A program made the position numbers and the translations under genes. Of a stretch of DNA of 64,000 nucleotides, positions 10,550 through 19,449 are shown one piece after another. The DNA comes from an uncultured bacterium (GTDB taxonomy: Bacteria; Chloroflexota; UBA5177; JANWHV01): NCBI GenBank assembly GCA_963827235.1, contig CAWHAE010000010.1, positions 1,015,363 to 1,079,362 of the forward strand. The letters run 5' to 3'. The notes under the pieces were generated by a model that was not told the DNA's origin, made no database searches, and was given only the letters and a program-made list of their open reading frames with translations. Each line of letters opens with the position of its first letter. The first letter of the stretch is position 1.

Positions 10550-11890
10550 ATGGGCGCTTGTGATCGCCGCGGCCCGCGGATCATGTTCCGGACGCATAGC
10601 CGGCACGGCCGGCAAACGAGCATGCTGATGCGCGGGCACGCGTGTGGGGCGGTCGCCGTCCTCGTACCGATATTGCTGGGCGCATCCCCGGCCACCGGCG
10701 GCGTGCGAAACGTCCCAGTGAGCCCCGTGCAGGCGCGGTTGCCGCAGGCAGGCGTCGTGGTCGCCGAGGATCCCGCAGACTCCCGGCACCTGGTACTGGC
10801 GCTGAACGACTACAACGCCCGCCAGGGCATGAGCGTCGCGGTCAGCGAGAACGGCGGCGCTGCCTGGACCCAAGTGCAGCTGCCCAAGCTGCCGCAGGGG
10901 TATTTCGGGGATCCGCAGCTGGCGTTCGCACCGCATGGAAGAATCTACCTGGCCGGAACGGCCTACGACGGGGTGGGCAAGCCCCGGCAGGCCGTCCGTC
11001 TATCGATCAATCTGCTCAGCTCCGACGACGGAGGACGGAGCTGGCGCTGGCTTGGCCGCCCCTCGGGACCGATACCGGCGCCGCCAATACTGGACGACTA
11101 CCCGGCGCTGGCCGTGGACCCCCGGAGCGGCGTGGTTACCGTGGCATGGACGCGCATCGCCGGGAACGACGAGAGCATTGCCGTTGCCCACTCGAGCGAC
11201 GGCGGGCGCACATTCTCCGCGCCGCTGCTTCTGCCGGAACAGCGGGCTGAGAGCGCCTCCGTGGTGCTGACCAAGAGCGGCGACCCCGTCGTGGCGTTCA
11301 TGGATCGGCATCGCGCGCTCATGGGCGTAGCCCTGTTCCAGCGCGGCGGGCTAGCGGCCGTGGTGAACGTGGCGCCGCTGCAACCGTTGCCGCCTCGACT
11401 TGCCGGTCTGCGATTCCGCGTGGCCAGCCGTCCCTCGCTGGCTGCCGATCGGAAAACCGGGCATCTGTACCTCGTCTGGCCGGTGCAAATGGGTGCAGAC
11501 TCCGGGATGGCACTGTACGAATCCGCCGATGGCGGCAAGTACTGGCGGCGACTGGCTCAACCCGCGACCGCGGCCGGGTCCGACGTGTTCATGCCCGCGG
11601 TGGCGGTCTCGCCGGGCGGCGCGATCGCCGTCCTCTGGTACGAGCGGCTGGGCGCGCAATACCGGGTACGGGTGGCGATCGCCACCGACTGCGGAGATCG
11701 GTTTGGCCCGCCGCTGACCCTGGGCAGCAAGGCTTCAAGCCTGTATGACACGGGGCCAAGCTACCTGGGCGACTATGGCGGCCTGGCTCTGGATGCCCGG
11801 CAGGCCCATGCCGCGTGGACCGACAACCGCTCACTGCTGCCCACCATCTACACTGCCGCGGTGACCATCCCTTCCGCCGCCAGGTGCTGA
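10550..11890 (+). CDS. Secreted sialidase-like BNR/Asp-box beta-propeller protein (start probably 10622-10628)
   Basis: Asp boxes SENGGAAW, SDDGGRSW, SSDGGRTF, SADGGKYW, TDCGDRF; GDP and YLGDY motifs; signal peptide. Confidence 0.8.
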   Translation: MGACDRRGPRIMFRTHSRHGRQTSMLMRGHACGAVAVLVPILLGASPATGGVRNVPVSPVQARLPQAGVVVAEDPADSRHLVLALNDYNARQGMSVAVSENGGAAWTQVQLPKLPQGYFGDPQLAFAPHGRIYLAGTAYDGVGKPRQAVRLSINLLSSDDGGRSWRWLGRPSGPIPAPPILDDYPALAVDPRSGVVTVAWTRIAGNDESIAVAHSSDGGRTFSAPLLLPEQRAESASVVLTKSGDPVVAFMDRHRALMGVALFQRGGLAAVVNVAPLQPLPPRLAGLRFRVASRPSLAADRKTGHLYLVWPVQMGADSGMALYESADGGKYWRRLAQPATAAGSDVFMPAVAVSPGGAIAVLWYERLGAQYRVRVAIATDCGDRFGPPLTLGSKASSLYDTGPSYLGDYGGLALDARQAHAAWTDNRSLLPTIYTAAVTIPSAARC

Positions 11891-12062
11891 AACGGCGTGG
11901 AACGTCGCGGTACCGCACATGAAGCGAGTAATGACCGGCAATGGAGGACCCGCGGCGGATTGCGAAGACAGCTCTCCGTGAGCGCCGGACCGATCGGCTC
12001 AATCATCTGGCGAGTGGCTCGCCAACGGCGTACAATGCTTGCTCAGTGAGAGGGATGAGGAA

Positions 12063-12266
12063 ATGGGTTCGCGATTTCCCTTCGCGCTGCTGGTGCCCGG
12101 CGTGCTGTTTATCGCCGGCGGCTGGGTCGCTCTGCGGCGAGCCGCGGCAACCGAAAGCGATCAGGCCGCCCGCCGGCGCCGGGAAGGCATTGTCGCCATC
12201 TTCCTGGGCATCGTGCTGCTGGCTATCGCCATCCCACTGGGCATCGCCATCCAGGGGGTCATGTAG
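12063..12266 (+). CDS. Small two-TM membrane protein
   Basis: Two hydrophobic helices separated by an Arg-rich loop; GAGG RBS. Confidence 0.65.
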   Translation: MGSRFPFALLVPGVLFIAGGWVALRRAAATESDQAARRRREGIVAIFLGIVLLAIAIPLGIAIQGVM

Positions 12267-12399
12267 CCGGCCGGCAAGGCGCGGACCAGTCTGAGCAACC
12301 GGCGACCTCCCACTCACCGGCAGGCGGCGCGCAGCTCCGGCGCAGGCCGGCACGCCTTGGATGCGCAACTTGGCGGGCGGCGATCGGGCCCACCGGCAG

Positions 12400-14364
12400 C
12401 TATCCCAGGCGAGCCTGAGGGGTACGGGTGGCAACCGGGGGCGGCGTGGCCGTGACCGTGACCGTGGGGGTCGCGCTGGGCATGCCGCCAGGGCACACGC
12501 CTTCGAGGCATGCCAGGTCGAGGGTGAAGTTCCAGGCATAGGGAGATCCCCAGCCCGTGGCATAGTCCCAGCCCACGGTGGCCGGATTGAGCAGATTGTT
12601 GCCCTCCGTGACGTCGTGGTAGGCCGGCAGCATCTGCAGGGTGCGGCCGAGCCGGTAGACCGCAGGGTTGATCCACCCGGCGCTGGGCCGATTGTGCGCC
12701 TCCAGGTACTGGTCCGCCAGCAGGATAAGGGCAGCCCACACGGGAGCAGAGGCGCTGGTACCACCGCCCACGACCCACTGCCGCTTCACGTAGATGCTGT
12801 ACTCGTACTGGGCATCGCTGCCGCTGCCGGAAATGCTTACGTCGGGCAGTCGCCGATACTTACCCGGCTTGCCGTTGGGCAGAGGACCCTCCCAGGACAG
12901 GTCGTCGCCGTAGGCGTCGCCGGTGAAGAAGAGCGCGCTGGTGCCGCCGCCGGATCCGCTGCCCTTTGGGCTACTTACGCTGCATCCGGGCACGTAGCCC
13001 GCGCAAGACCAGGCTTTTTCGTAGCCGTAGGTGCTCCGCCCGGCCACCACCGGTCCCAGATAGAGCTCCGTGGCCGCCACGGCGAGCACGTACGGATCGG
13101 AGGCCGGCAGGTTGACGCTCGGCGAGCCGGCAGAGGACCTGCTTGCGCAGGCGTAGGCGCCGGTGTCGCCCGTGGCGCCGACGATCGTCGTGCCCTGCAG
13201 ACTGAGCTGGGCGAAGATCGCGTGCTCGCTCATCACCAGCCCCGGTATGCGGGCCGCCGTGGCCTCGCACACCGTCCACGAGGTAGCCACCACCTGCACG
13301 TCGGTGGCTGCTATCTGGCTGTACACGTCCAGAAGACTGACGCCCGTGACGTCGTTTCCCGGCGCGTCGTAGACGTCGATCGACGCTCGCGGGGCCATTG
13401 CCGAGAGCAACTCGATGTCCAGCGTGGCCTCCGAGTTGAGCGTGGCCGAGCCATTGCCGCCGTCGACCTGGACATCGCTGAGCGCCGGCTTGATGCCGGC
13501 CCACCTGGCGTAGGTGGCGATGTCCGCCGGATCATACGAGGTAAACTCGACCAGCGCGGCTCGCGTGCGCTCGCCGTGGTAGCCCGCGTTGTAGAGGGCG
13601 CGGAAGTTGTAGGCGTCGGCGATGCGCCCGGGGTCGTACCCGGCGGTGGGACCCTGCGCGGTAGGAGCGAGTGCATCCGCACGCAGGGACGGCACGGCCA
13701 CGGCCCGCGCCGTGCCGGAGAGCCCCACGATAGTCTGCACGAGAGCGGCAAACCGCGCGGGCACGGACGGCTCCCGATCCGGTGCAAAAAGAAGATCCTC
13801 TCCCGAGTACCCGTTCCCCGCGGCTGCCGCGACGTGCTCTGCTGTGCCCGATCCGGCCGGGTGCACTCGACCGCTTGCCGGCGCCACCAAACGGAGGTCG
13901 GTCGCGAACGCGGCGCCGAACCGCTCGGCAGTGCCGTCGACGTCCAGAATGCGGCCGCCGCTCCACGGCCGGGGCGCCAGGCCCTGCGATCGCAGCCAGG
14001 CAACGAAGCCGGATACCTCGACGGGGCTTGGGCCGAAGCGCGCCTGCACCGTCGAGGGCGAAAGGTATTGGTGATAGCGGTCGCCGGACGGGTCGACGAC
14101 GTCGTCGATGGCGCGCTGCAGTCCGGCCGGATCCCGGGAGGCGAGAAGCACCGCTACTGCCATGCGTGAGTTGTCCGGAACAGGGGATCCAAGCAGCGAG
14201 GCGTTCCGCGTCACGGCCAGTGGCACCACTCCGGCTACCGCGACCGCGGTGAGTGGGGCGGCCAGCCTCGACGCGCCGGCAGCAGGCCCGGCAAGCGAGG
14301 CACACGCGGTGCAGACGAGGAGAAGCCAGCGGGCGGCAAACCGCCCGGCACGCCGGGCGGTCAT
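12400..14364 (-). CDS. Secreted S53 (sedolisin/kumamolisin) serine-carboxyl peptidase with pro-domain
   Basis: EATLDIE (ExxxD), TGDTG, GGGTSASAP (catalytic Ser), DVTEGNN and GWDYATGWGSP Ca site; pro-domain YHQYLSP...FGP. Confidence 0.93.
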   Translation of the reverse strand: MTARRAGRFAARWLLLVCTACASLAGPAAGASRLAAPLTAVAVAGVVPLAVTRNASLLGSPVPDNSRMAVAVLLASRDPAGLQRAIDDVVDPSGDRYHQYLSPSTVQARFGPSPVEVSGFVAWLRSQGLAPRPWSGGRILDVDGTAERFGAAFATDLRLVAPASGRVHPAGSGTAEHVAAAAGNGYSGEDLLFAPDREPSVPARFAALVQTIVGLSGTARAVAVPSLRADALAPTAQGPTAGYDPGRIADAYNFRALYNAGYHGERTRAALVEFTSYDPADIATYARWAGIKPALSDVQVDGGNGSATLNSEATLDIELLSAMAPRASIDVYDAPGNDVTGVSLLDVYSQIAATDVQVVATSWTVCEATAARIPGLVMSEHAIFAQLSLQGTTIVGATGDTGAYACASRSSAGSPSVNLPASDPYVLAVAATELYLGPVVAGRSTYGYEKAWSCAGYVPGCSVSSPKGSGSGGGTSALFFTGDAYGDDLSWEGPLPNGKPGKYRRLPDVSISGSGSDAQYEYSIYVKRQWVVGGGTSASAPVWAALILLADQYLEAHNRPSAGWINPAVYRLGRTLQMLPAYHDVTEGNNLLNPATVGWDYATGWGSPYAWNFTLDLACLEGVCPGGMPSATPTVTVTATPPPVATRTPQARLG

Positions 14365-14401
14365 GATCGCGGTCCGCCAGGAGCCGGCGGCAACCGCACG
14401 C

Positions 14402-14665
14402 TCATCTTCGCCCGGGAAGCCACGCCGAGACGACCAGGGCGACGCCAATCACGAGCGCAAACATCGAGCCGCGCTCGTTGCGCGTCGTGCGCGGCGCGAG
14501 CAGCAGGAAGAGCGCAAGCGCGATGAGCAGCAGCCCTGCTGCCGTGATCGCGATACGCCCGGCGGCGGTCAGCACGCGGCCCGAATCCGGCGAACGGCGG
14601 CGGGCACGCGCAGCCGCGGCACGTCGGCGGTGGCGATTGGCCGGCATGTGCCATCTCGCAGTCAC
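14402..14665 (-). CDS. Small two-TM membrane protein
   Basis: Two hydrophobic segments; lies between ftcD and the S53 gene. Confidence 0.5.
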   Translation of the reverse strand: MTARWHMPANRHRRRAAAARARRRSPDSGRVLTAAGRIAITAAGLLLIALALFLLLAPRTTRNERGSMFALVIGVALVVSAWLPGRR

Positions 14666-14827
14666 CCTAGTAGCTTGTCAACAGACATTCGTCGCGCATG
14701 GAACCGCGCCTGCGACCGCGGTCGCATGGCAGCACCTGGGGCACCGCGGTGCGGAGAGAACACAAACGTCGATGGTTGACAAGCTACCAGAGGGTGGGAA
14801 CCTGGAACGGCGGCACGACGAACGATC

Positions 14828-15733
14828 TCACTCACTGATCAGCCTCCGCTCGAGGACCTGGTCCCGCGAAAACCCTCGCAGCTGGAGGAACGCTTCGGCG
14901 GCATCCAGCATCGCGTCCAGCGGTATCAATCCTACCACCTCCGACCGCACTACCGGGACTCCCCAACGTGCCGATTCGGATCGGATAAGGTCCATCACAC
15001 GTACGATGCTGGTTGCCTTGAAGTTGGTGAGGTTCATGCTCACCTGCGTGGTACCGGAGCCTGCCAGCTCCAGGCCCAGCGCTTTGACATAGCGGAGGCC
15101 GCCCGAGCTGTGCCGGACAGCCCTGGCGATGGACTTAGCCAGGGCGGGGTCGGCGGTGCCGAGGTAGACGTTAAAGGCAATCAGCGGCCGCCGCGCGCCG
15201 ACGGCCACCGCACCGGCCGTGGGGTGAACGGCTCGCGGACCGTAGTCCGGTGCACGATCGGGATCGACGGGGAGCACGGTTCGCAGCGATTCGAACCCGC
15301 CCCTGCGAACGTTTTCCAGATTCACGCGGTCCGGACGCCGAGCCGCCTCTTCATAGAGATACACGGGAATGCCGAAGTCCCGCGAGATGGCCTCGCCGAG
15401 CGAGATCGCCAACTCGACACACCGAGACATCGGCGTGTCCGACAGCGGCACAAAGGGAAACACGTCGAGAGCGCCCATACGCGGATGCGCTCCTTCGTGC
15501 GTACGCAGGTCGATGTGCTCCAGCGCCGCCCGCGCCGCTGCCAACCCCGATTCGACGGCCCGAGCCACCGGCACGACGTAGGTCAGCACGAAGCGATTGT
15601 GATCGGCATCGGCATGCACGTCGAGCACGCGCACGCCTTCCACCGACGCAACCATGTCTCTGATCGCCGCTATCACCTCGGGGCGTCGCCCCTCGGAGAA
15701 GTTGGGCACGCACTCGACTAGCTGGTCCGACAA
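14828..15733 (-). CDS. ftcD: Glutamate formimidoyltransferase
   Basis: LVECVPNFSEGR, DADHNR, HPRMGALDVFPFVP, HPTAGAVAVGAR, QVSMNL. Confidence 0.96.
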   Translation of the reverse strand: MSDQLVECVPNFSEGRRPEVIAAIRDMVASVEGVRVLDVHADADHNRFVLTYVVPVARAVESGLAAARAALEHIDLRTHEGAHPRMGALDVFPFVPLSDTPMSRCVELAISLGEAISRDFGIPVYLYEEAARRPDRVNLENVRRGGFESLRTVLPVDPDRAPDYGPRAVHPTAGAVAVGARRPLIAFNVYLGTADPALAKSIARAVRHSSGGLRYVKALGLELAGSGTTQVSMNLTNFKATSIVRVMDLIRSESARWGVPVVRSEVVGLIPLDAMLDAAEAFLQLRGFSRDQVLERRLISE

Positions 15734-15741
15734 CGCTCACC

Positions 15742-16908
15742 TCACTCAGTCCTGGACGGACAGTCCGCCGCGCAGGGGCGGGAGCCGCACCGCGGGCACA
15801 CCGCATAGGTGCCTCGAAAGAACTTAGCTCGATCGAAGGCATGAACGCCAGTACGAGTGCCGGATGAAGGCTCGGCGAAGTCGTCCACGATAGCCCGCAC
15901 GAGCGTCGCGGCACGGTCTCGACAGGAGCGGCGGCCAATCCAGGCCAGCTGCCGCTCGACGCGCTCCGCGGGCATCTCGGCGACCAGCTGGCGCGCTCGC
16001 CCGGCAGCAATTCCCTCTGCCACCAGTCTTCCGACGAGCGACGGATCGGGCGGCGCGGACGGCGGCGGCACGTGCCCGGCGGGCTGCTCGGTCACGCGCA
16101 TGGGCCGGATCGGCTGAGCTCCGGCATCGACGCGCTCTTCCGGCGCCCGGCCCTGAGCAGACACTGCACGCCGGCTCACACCGGTTCTTTCGGGTAGAGC
16201 GTGCCCGGCGGCTCGTTCTCGCGCTTTTGAGAGACCGGTGGAAAAGGCAACAACACGTCCGCTTGTCTTGCTTACAGTTTCTTGCTGTAACAGTCTTTCG
16301 ACGGTTTTCTGCTCTGTTCGAGGATCAGGCGTGGATGGGCCGGGGATCAGCCGCGGAGGCGCGGGGCTCACTAGGCGATCCTCGGGGGTCAAGGGCAGAG
16401 GGCCGGGGGTCAGCGCTTGACCCTGCGGGTGCAGTATGTGACCCTGCGGCCCACGCGCGGCGTGCGCCCCCTGGTCGGCCGGCAGCTGGCGCATGCGCGG
16501 CGCATAGAACTTCTTGATCCGACCCTTATCGCTGTCGTCGGTCTCCACGATCACGAAGCCGTGTGAGACGGCGTCCTGGATGCCTTTCTTGATGCTGTTC
16601 TCCGCCATTCCGCAGCCGGCGTCGATGCGGGAGCCGTCGCGGCGCTTCCGGCCGTGCATGAACTCGTCCATGGTGATGAGCTTGGCCAGGCCGTATTCGT
16701 GGTATCCCCACGTATGGCGCAAGATGTATTCGACCACCTTCTGCTCGGCCCACGACGTGAAGCGGGCGGCAAGGTCGAACCAATTGTTGGGCAGCCGCCA
16801 GAAATTGCTCTCCGGCAGATCAAAGCCAGAAAACGGCATGCTGCCGCCCGGCCCGCCCTCACCATGCGCGTTCTCGGCGATGGGGGCCCGTTCGTGAACG
16901 TCCTGCAC
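15742..16908 (-). CDS. Replication protein resembling phage O/replisome organiser: N-terminal wHTH, C-terminal helical domain and CxxC...C tail
   Basis: NFWRLPNNWFD...AEQKVVEYILRHTWG...ITMDEF...GMAENSIKKGIQDAVSHGFV; Pro-rich 7-aa repeat linker; LVAEGI...RAATLVRAI; CPRCGSRPCAADC; GGAG before GTG 16908. Confidence 0.65.
   Translation of the reverse strand: MQDVHERAPIAENAHGEGGPGGSMPFSGFDLPESNFWRLPNNWFDLAARFTSWAEQKVVEYILRHTWGYHEYGLAKLITMDEFMHGRKRRDGSRIDAGCGMAENSIKKGIQDAVSHGFVIVETDDSDKGRIKKFYAPRMRQLPADQGAHAARGPQGHILHPQGQALTPGPLPLTPEDRLVSPAPPRLIPGPSTPDPRTEQKTVERLLQQETVSKTSGRVVAFSTGLSKARERAAGHALPERTGVSRRAVSAQGRAPEERVDAGAQPIRPMRVTEQPAGHVPPPSAPPDPSLVGRLVAEGIAAGRARQLVAEMPAERVERQLAWIGRRSCRDRAATLVRAIVDDFAEPSSGTRTGVHAFDRAKFFRGTYAVCPRCGSRPCAADCPSRTE
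16341..16450. repeat. 21-bp-period iteron-like repeats inside the O-like gene
   Basis: G-run + TCA units with TCA ending at 16349, 16370, 16391, 16412 (GCA at 16433); tgaccctgcgg at 16418 and 16439; adjacent AT-richer stretch about 16240-16320. Confidence 0.55.
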
Positions 16909-16925
16909 GTTCTCCGCTCCCGGCG

Positions 16926-17990
16926 CTACCAGCGCAATTCCATGACCGACGTAGCGCCGCGCTGGATCTGGCGGAAGGACGTCAGCAACCCTTCCTGCAC
17001 GAGCTTGTCGAGCGCGCGGCGCAAGGTGACTCCCGCCTGCGAGACGTTCTTGTTTGTGATGCCGGCTTCTTGCAGGAGCAGATTGAGGGCGACGCCCATC
17101 AGCCGCGACTGTGTCGACACCTGGCATCTCTGCACGTACAGCCGCAAGTTGTCCACGCTGCGCCCGGTACGCTGCGCGCCACGGCCGGCGATGGCGCCGC
17201 GCCGCTTGCCCGAGCGGACGACCGTCATGCGCGGCAGAAGCTGGTAATGGCTGCCCGGGCGTCCTTCCGCATCGCGGACGCCCTTGTACCAGATAGAGTT
17301 AATGCTCACCTGGATCACGTCCGGGAGACCGCGGCGGAATACCTCACGCAGGGGCATCTTGCGCACGTCTTCGTCGGCGGAGGTGAAGCCCAGGGCCGAC
17401 AGCAAGGGAGCACTGAAGGCTTTGGTCGTCTTGCCCCGTCGCTGGTACAGCTCGACGTTCGTGAGGTGCAACGCCTGCAGCGTGCGTGTGAGGCGGCGGC
17501 GATTCACGCTGTAGTGGATGCCCCTGCTGTCTCGCGTATAGCCAAGCCGGTCCAGCAGCTCGTTAATGGAGACTGTGATGTCGGGGCGGCGATAGAACGG
17601 CGGATCGTTGGCTACTTCGAACAGAAGGTGCATCACGTGCGCGGGAAACTCGCCCACGAAATGCCGCAGCAACTCGACGACACCTTCCTCCGAGCGCTGA
17701 TCGCGTTCCGAGGGGATAAGCGGCAACTGCAAGGCGGTGGACGGTCGATGCAAGGACCAGCCTTCCTCGTCCGTCTGCGGAAATTCGTCGTCGCCCAGCG
17801 GCTGGTGTATGGCTGCTCTGTAGGCCGCGTAATCCGCGTCCAGGGCAATGAACTCGATCTCCTGCTGGATCTGCAGCCGGAACTCTACCTCAATCTCGGT
17901 GAGCGGCTGGCCGGTGAGCACATCGATGTCGCCGACGGTCGGCAGGGCAGAACGCTCGGCGGGCACGCGCTGGGGCAGATGTTCACTCAT
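16926..17990 (-). CDS. Putative double winged-helix Rep-type replication initiator
   Basis: ITVSINELLDRLGY...RRRLTRTLQAL and LLQEAGI...TLRRALDKLVQEGLL resemble the two wHTH units of plasmid Rep/TrfA-like initiators; GGAGGT RBS; next to a direct-repeat array. Confidence 0.55.
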   Translation of the reverse strand: MSEHLPQRVPAERSALPTVGDIDVLTGQPLTEIEVEFRLQIQQEIEFIALDADYAAYRAAIHQPLGDDEFPQTDEEGWSLHRPSTALQLPLIPSERDQRSEEGVVELLRHFVGEFPAHVMHLLFEVANDPPFYRRPDITVSINELLDRLGYTRDSRGIHYSVNRRRLTRTLQALHLTNVELYQRRGKTTKAFSAPLLSALGFTSADEDVRKMPLREVFRRGLPDVIQVSINSIWYKGVRDAEGRPGSHYQLLPRMTVVRSGKRRGAIAGRGAQRTGRSVDNLRLYVQRCQVSTQSRLMGVALNLLLQEAGITNKNVSQAGVTLRRALDKLVQEGLLTSFRQIQRGATSVMELRW

Positions 17991-18109
17991 GGCCGCTTAC
18001 CACCTCCTGCAGAGGACTTTAGGGCAACGCGAAAGCGAGTGCAAGAGGGCACGCAACGGCGGTCGACATGCCGGGACGGCGCGGAACTCTGCGACAATGG
18101 AGCACCTCC

Positions 18110-18261
18110 AGAGTAGAGTCTCCACAAGTATTCACACAGCGGCTCCACGAAGCCTCACACAGCGGCTCCACAGCGGCCACACATTTGGTCCGTCGCCAAT
18201 CCCACTTTCGCTCCACGTGGATTCACACATCGGCTCCATATGACCTCACACAGCGGCTCCA
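18110..18261. repeat. Iteron-like direct-repeat array, consensus TCACACAGCGGCTCCA, ~23-bp period
   Basis: Copies at 18132-18147, 18155-18170, 18223-18238 (2 mismatches) and 18246-18261, with degenerate copies in phase near 18110, 18178 and 18200. Confidence 0.85.
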
Positions 18262-18303
18262 AGCTCGCGAGCAGGGCCTGCCTCCATGCGATCATCTTGC
18301 AGG

Positions 18304-18723
18304 TTATTGAACATCGATGCGATGGTCGTGATCAACCGGCGTGTGAACGGCCCCCGGATCGAGCGGCGCGCCCGCACTGTCGTGGGCCGAGGCACAACAC
18401 ACTACAGATGGCGTGGCAGCCGCGGTCGAGGGATGCGCAGCGATACGTGATTGACACTCTGGTAGCTCCGGCGCACGGTCGTCAGGATCGGCATCGAAAT
18501 AGCCGAGGCCGGCGGCGTAGCGCAGCGTGGTGTCGAGCCCACCACCGGGCGTGGGCGGCGGCAGGCAGGCTATTTGCGCCTGCAGCGCGGCGACGGCGTC
18601 GTGGTCGCCGCGGTACATGGCGACGACGATGGCAGCGCCCAAACGCAGGTGCTCCTGGTCGGACGCGTCGCCGCCGGCGCACTGCCGGCTCTCCAGCCGG
18701 GCCAGTCGTGCCCTGGTACTCAT
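18304..18723 (-). CDS. Hypothetical protein, mobile-element type
   Basis: MSTRARLARLE start, translationally coupled (ATGA overlap) to the upstream gene. Confidence 0.55.
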   Translation of the reverse strand: MSTRARLARLESRQCAGGDASDQEHLRLGAAIVVAMYRGDHDAVAALQAQIACLPPPTPGGGLDTTLRYAAGLGYFDADPDDRAPELPECQSRIAAHPSTAAATPSVVCCASAHDSAGAPLDPGAVHTPVDHDHRIDVQ

Positions 18724-19100
18724 GGCAGAGCCTCGGCCCGGCGCTGTTGCGCGGCCGTGGCGTCCTCGAGTGCCTGCAGGCGCTGCGTGGTGTCGGCCTG
18801 GTCGTAGAGGCGGGCGATGGCGGAGGCGACCGCAGCCATGGCGGTGGCGGAGCGGGCGTCGCATTCGCCGGCGGCGAGCGCTGCCAGGGTGGTGTAGAGA
18901 TGGTTCAGCACGGGCTTGAGGGTGGCGGGCATCCGGCGGGCGGTGCGCCGCACGGTGGACTTGCCGTACCCCCCGGCCTGCCGGGCTGCGGCGCGTCGCA
19001 GCTGCAGGTCGGGGTCGTGGGCAAAGCAGTAGGGGCGGTTGGGACGGGCGCGCGCGGAGCAGGGCCGGCCGCTGATACGCGTGGCGGTACAGGTGGGCAT
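18720..19100 (-). CDS. Small C-C-C-H Zn-finger protein (DUF5763/HGGxSTG-like; possibly terminase-small-like)
   Basis: MPTCTATRISGRPCSARARPNRPYCFAHDP...RQAGG followed by a helical C-terminus; GGAGG RBS. Confidence 0.7.
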   Translation of the reverse strand: MPTCTATRISGRPCSARARPNRPYCFAHDPDLQLRRAAARQAGGYGKSTVRRTARRMPATLKPVLNHLYTTLAALAAGECDARSATAMAAVASAIARLYDQADTTQRLQALEDATAAQQRRAEALP

Positions 19101-19113
19101 GGTCTGTGCCCTC

Positions 19114-19150
19114 CAAGCATTGGCAAGCATTGGCAAGCATTGGCAACCAT
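19114..19150. repeat. 10-bp tandem repeat (CAAGCATTGG x3 plus a partial copy) in the 5' leader
   Basis: ctccaagcat tggcaagcat tggcaagcat tggcaaccat. Confidence 0.85.
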
Positions 19151-19207
19151 CCGCGTTGCGCGGCGCGGCGCGGGCCGGATCGAGGTCCGTGGTGGAGCGT
19201 GTGCTAT

Positions 19208-19262
19208 TAGAACGTCTGTTCTATCTACGAACCCAGTCTAGCACGGAATCGCAGTTTGTCAA
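19208..19262 (-). promoter_or_regulatory. sigma70 promoter (TTGACA / TGnTAGACT) with LexA SOS box TAGAAC-GTCT-GTTCTA
   Basis: Minus strand: TTGACA at 19262-19257, 16-bp spacer, extended -10 TGC-TAGACT (hexamer 19240-19235); palindrome 19208-19223 matches the Gram-positive/Chloroflexota GAAC-N4-GTTC box. Confidence 0.8.
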
Positions 19263-19449
19263 GGAAGACACAGGGAGCGTGCCGTGCGAGAGCTTGACGC
19301 CGGCATCCGCAACATTCGCCACAAATCCGCGGCACCGATCGGCCCGGCGGCAGGCGACACTGCTTCGTCCGCACCCGCGAAAGGATTGCTCGCGACCGAC
19401 GTTATCACTTATTAGAGGTCAGGACGAGGGAAGGGGACGTGCCTCCACC

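Noticed and set aside
18110-18261. CRISPR array
   Set aside because: Repeats are 16 bp with ~7-bp spacers and no cas genes are present; better explained as iterons
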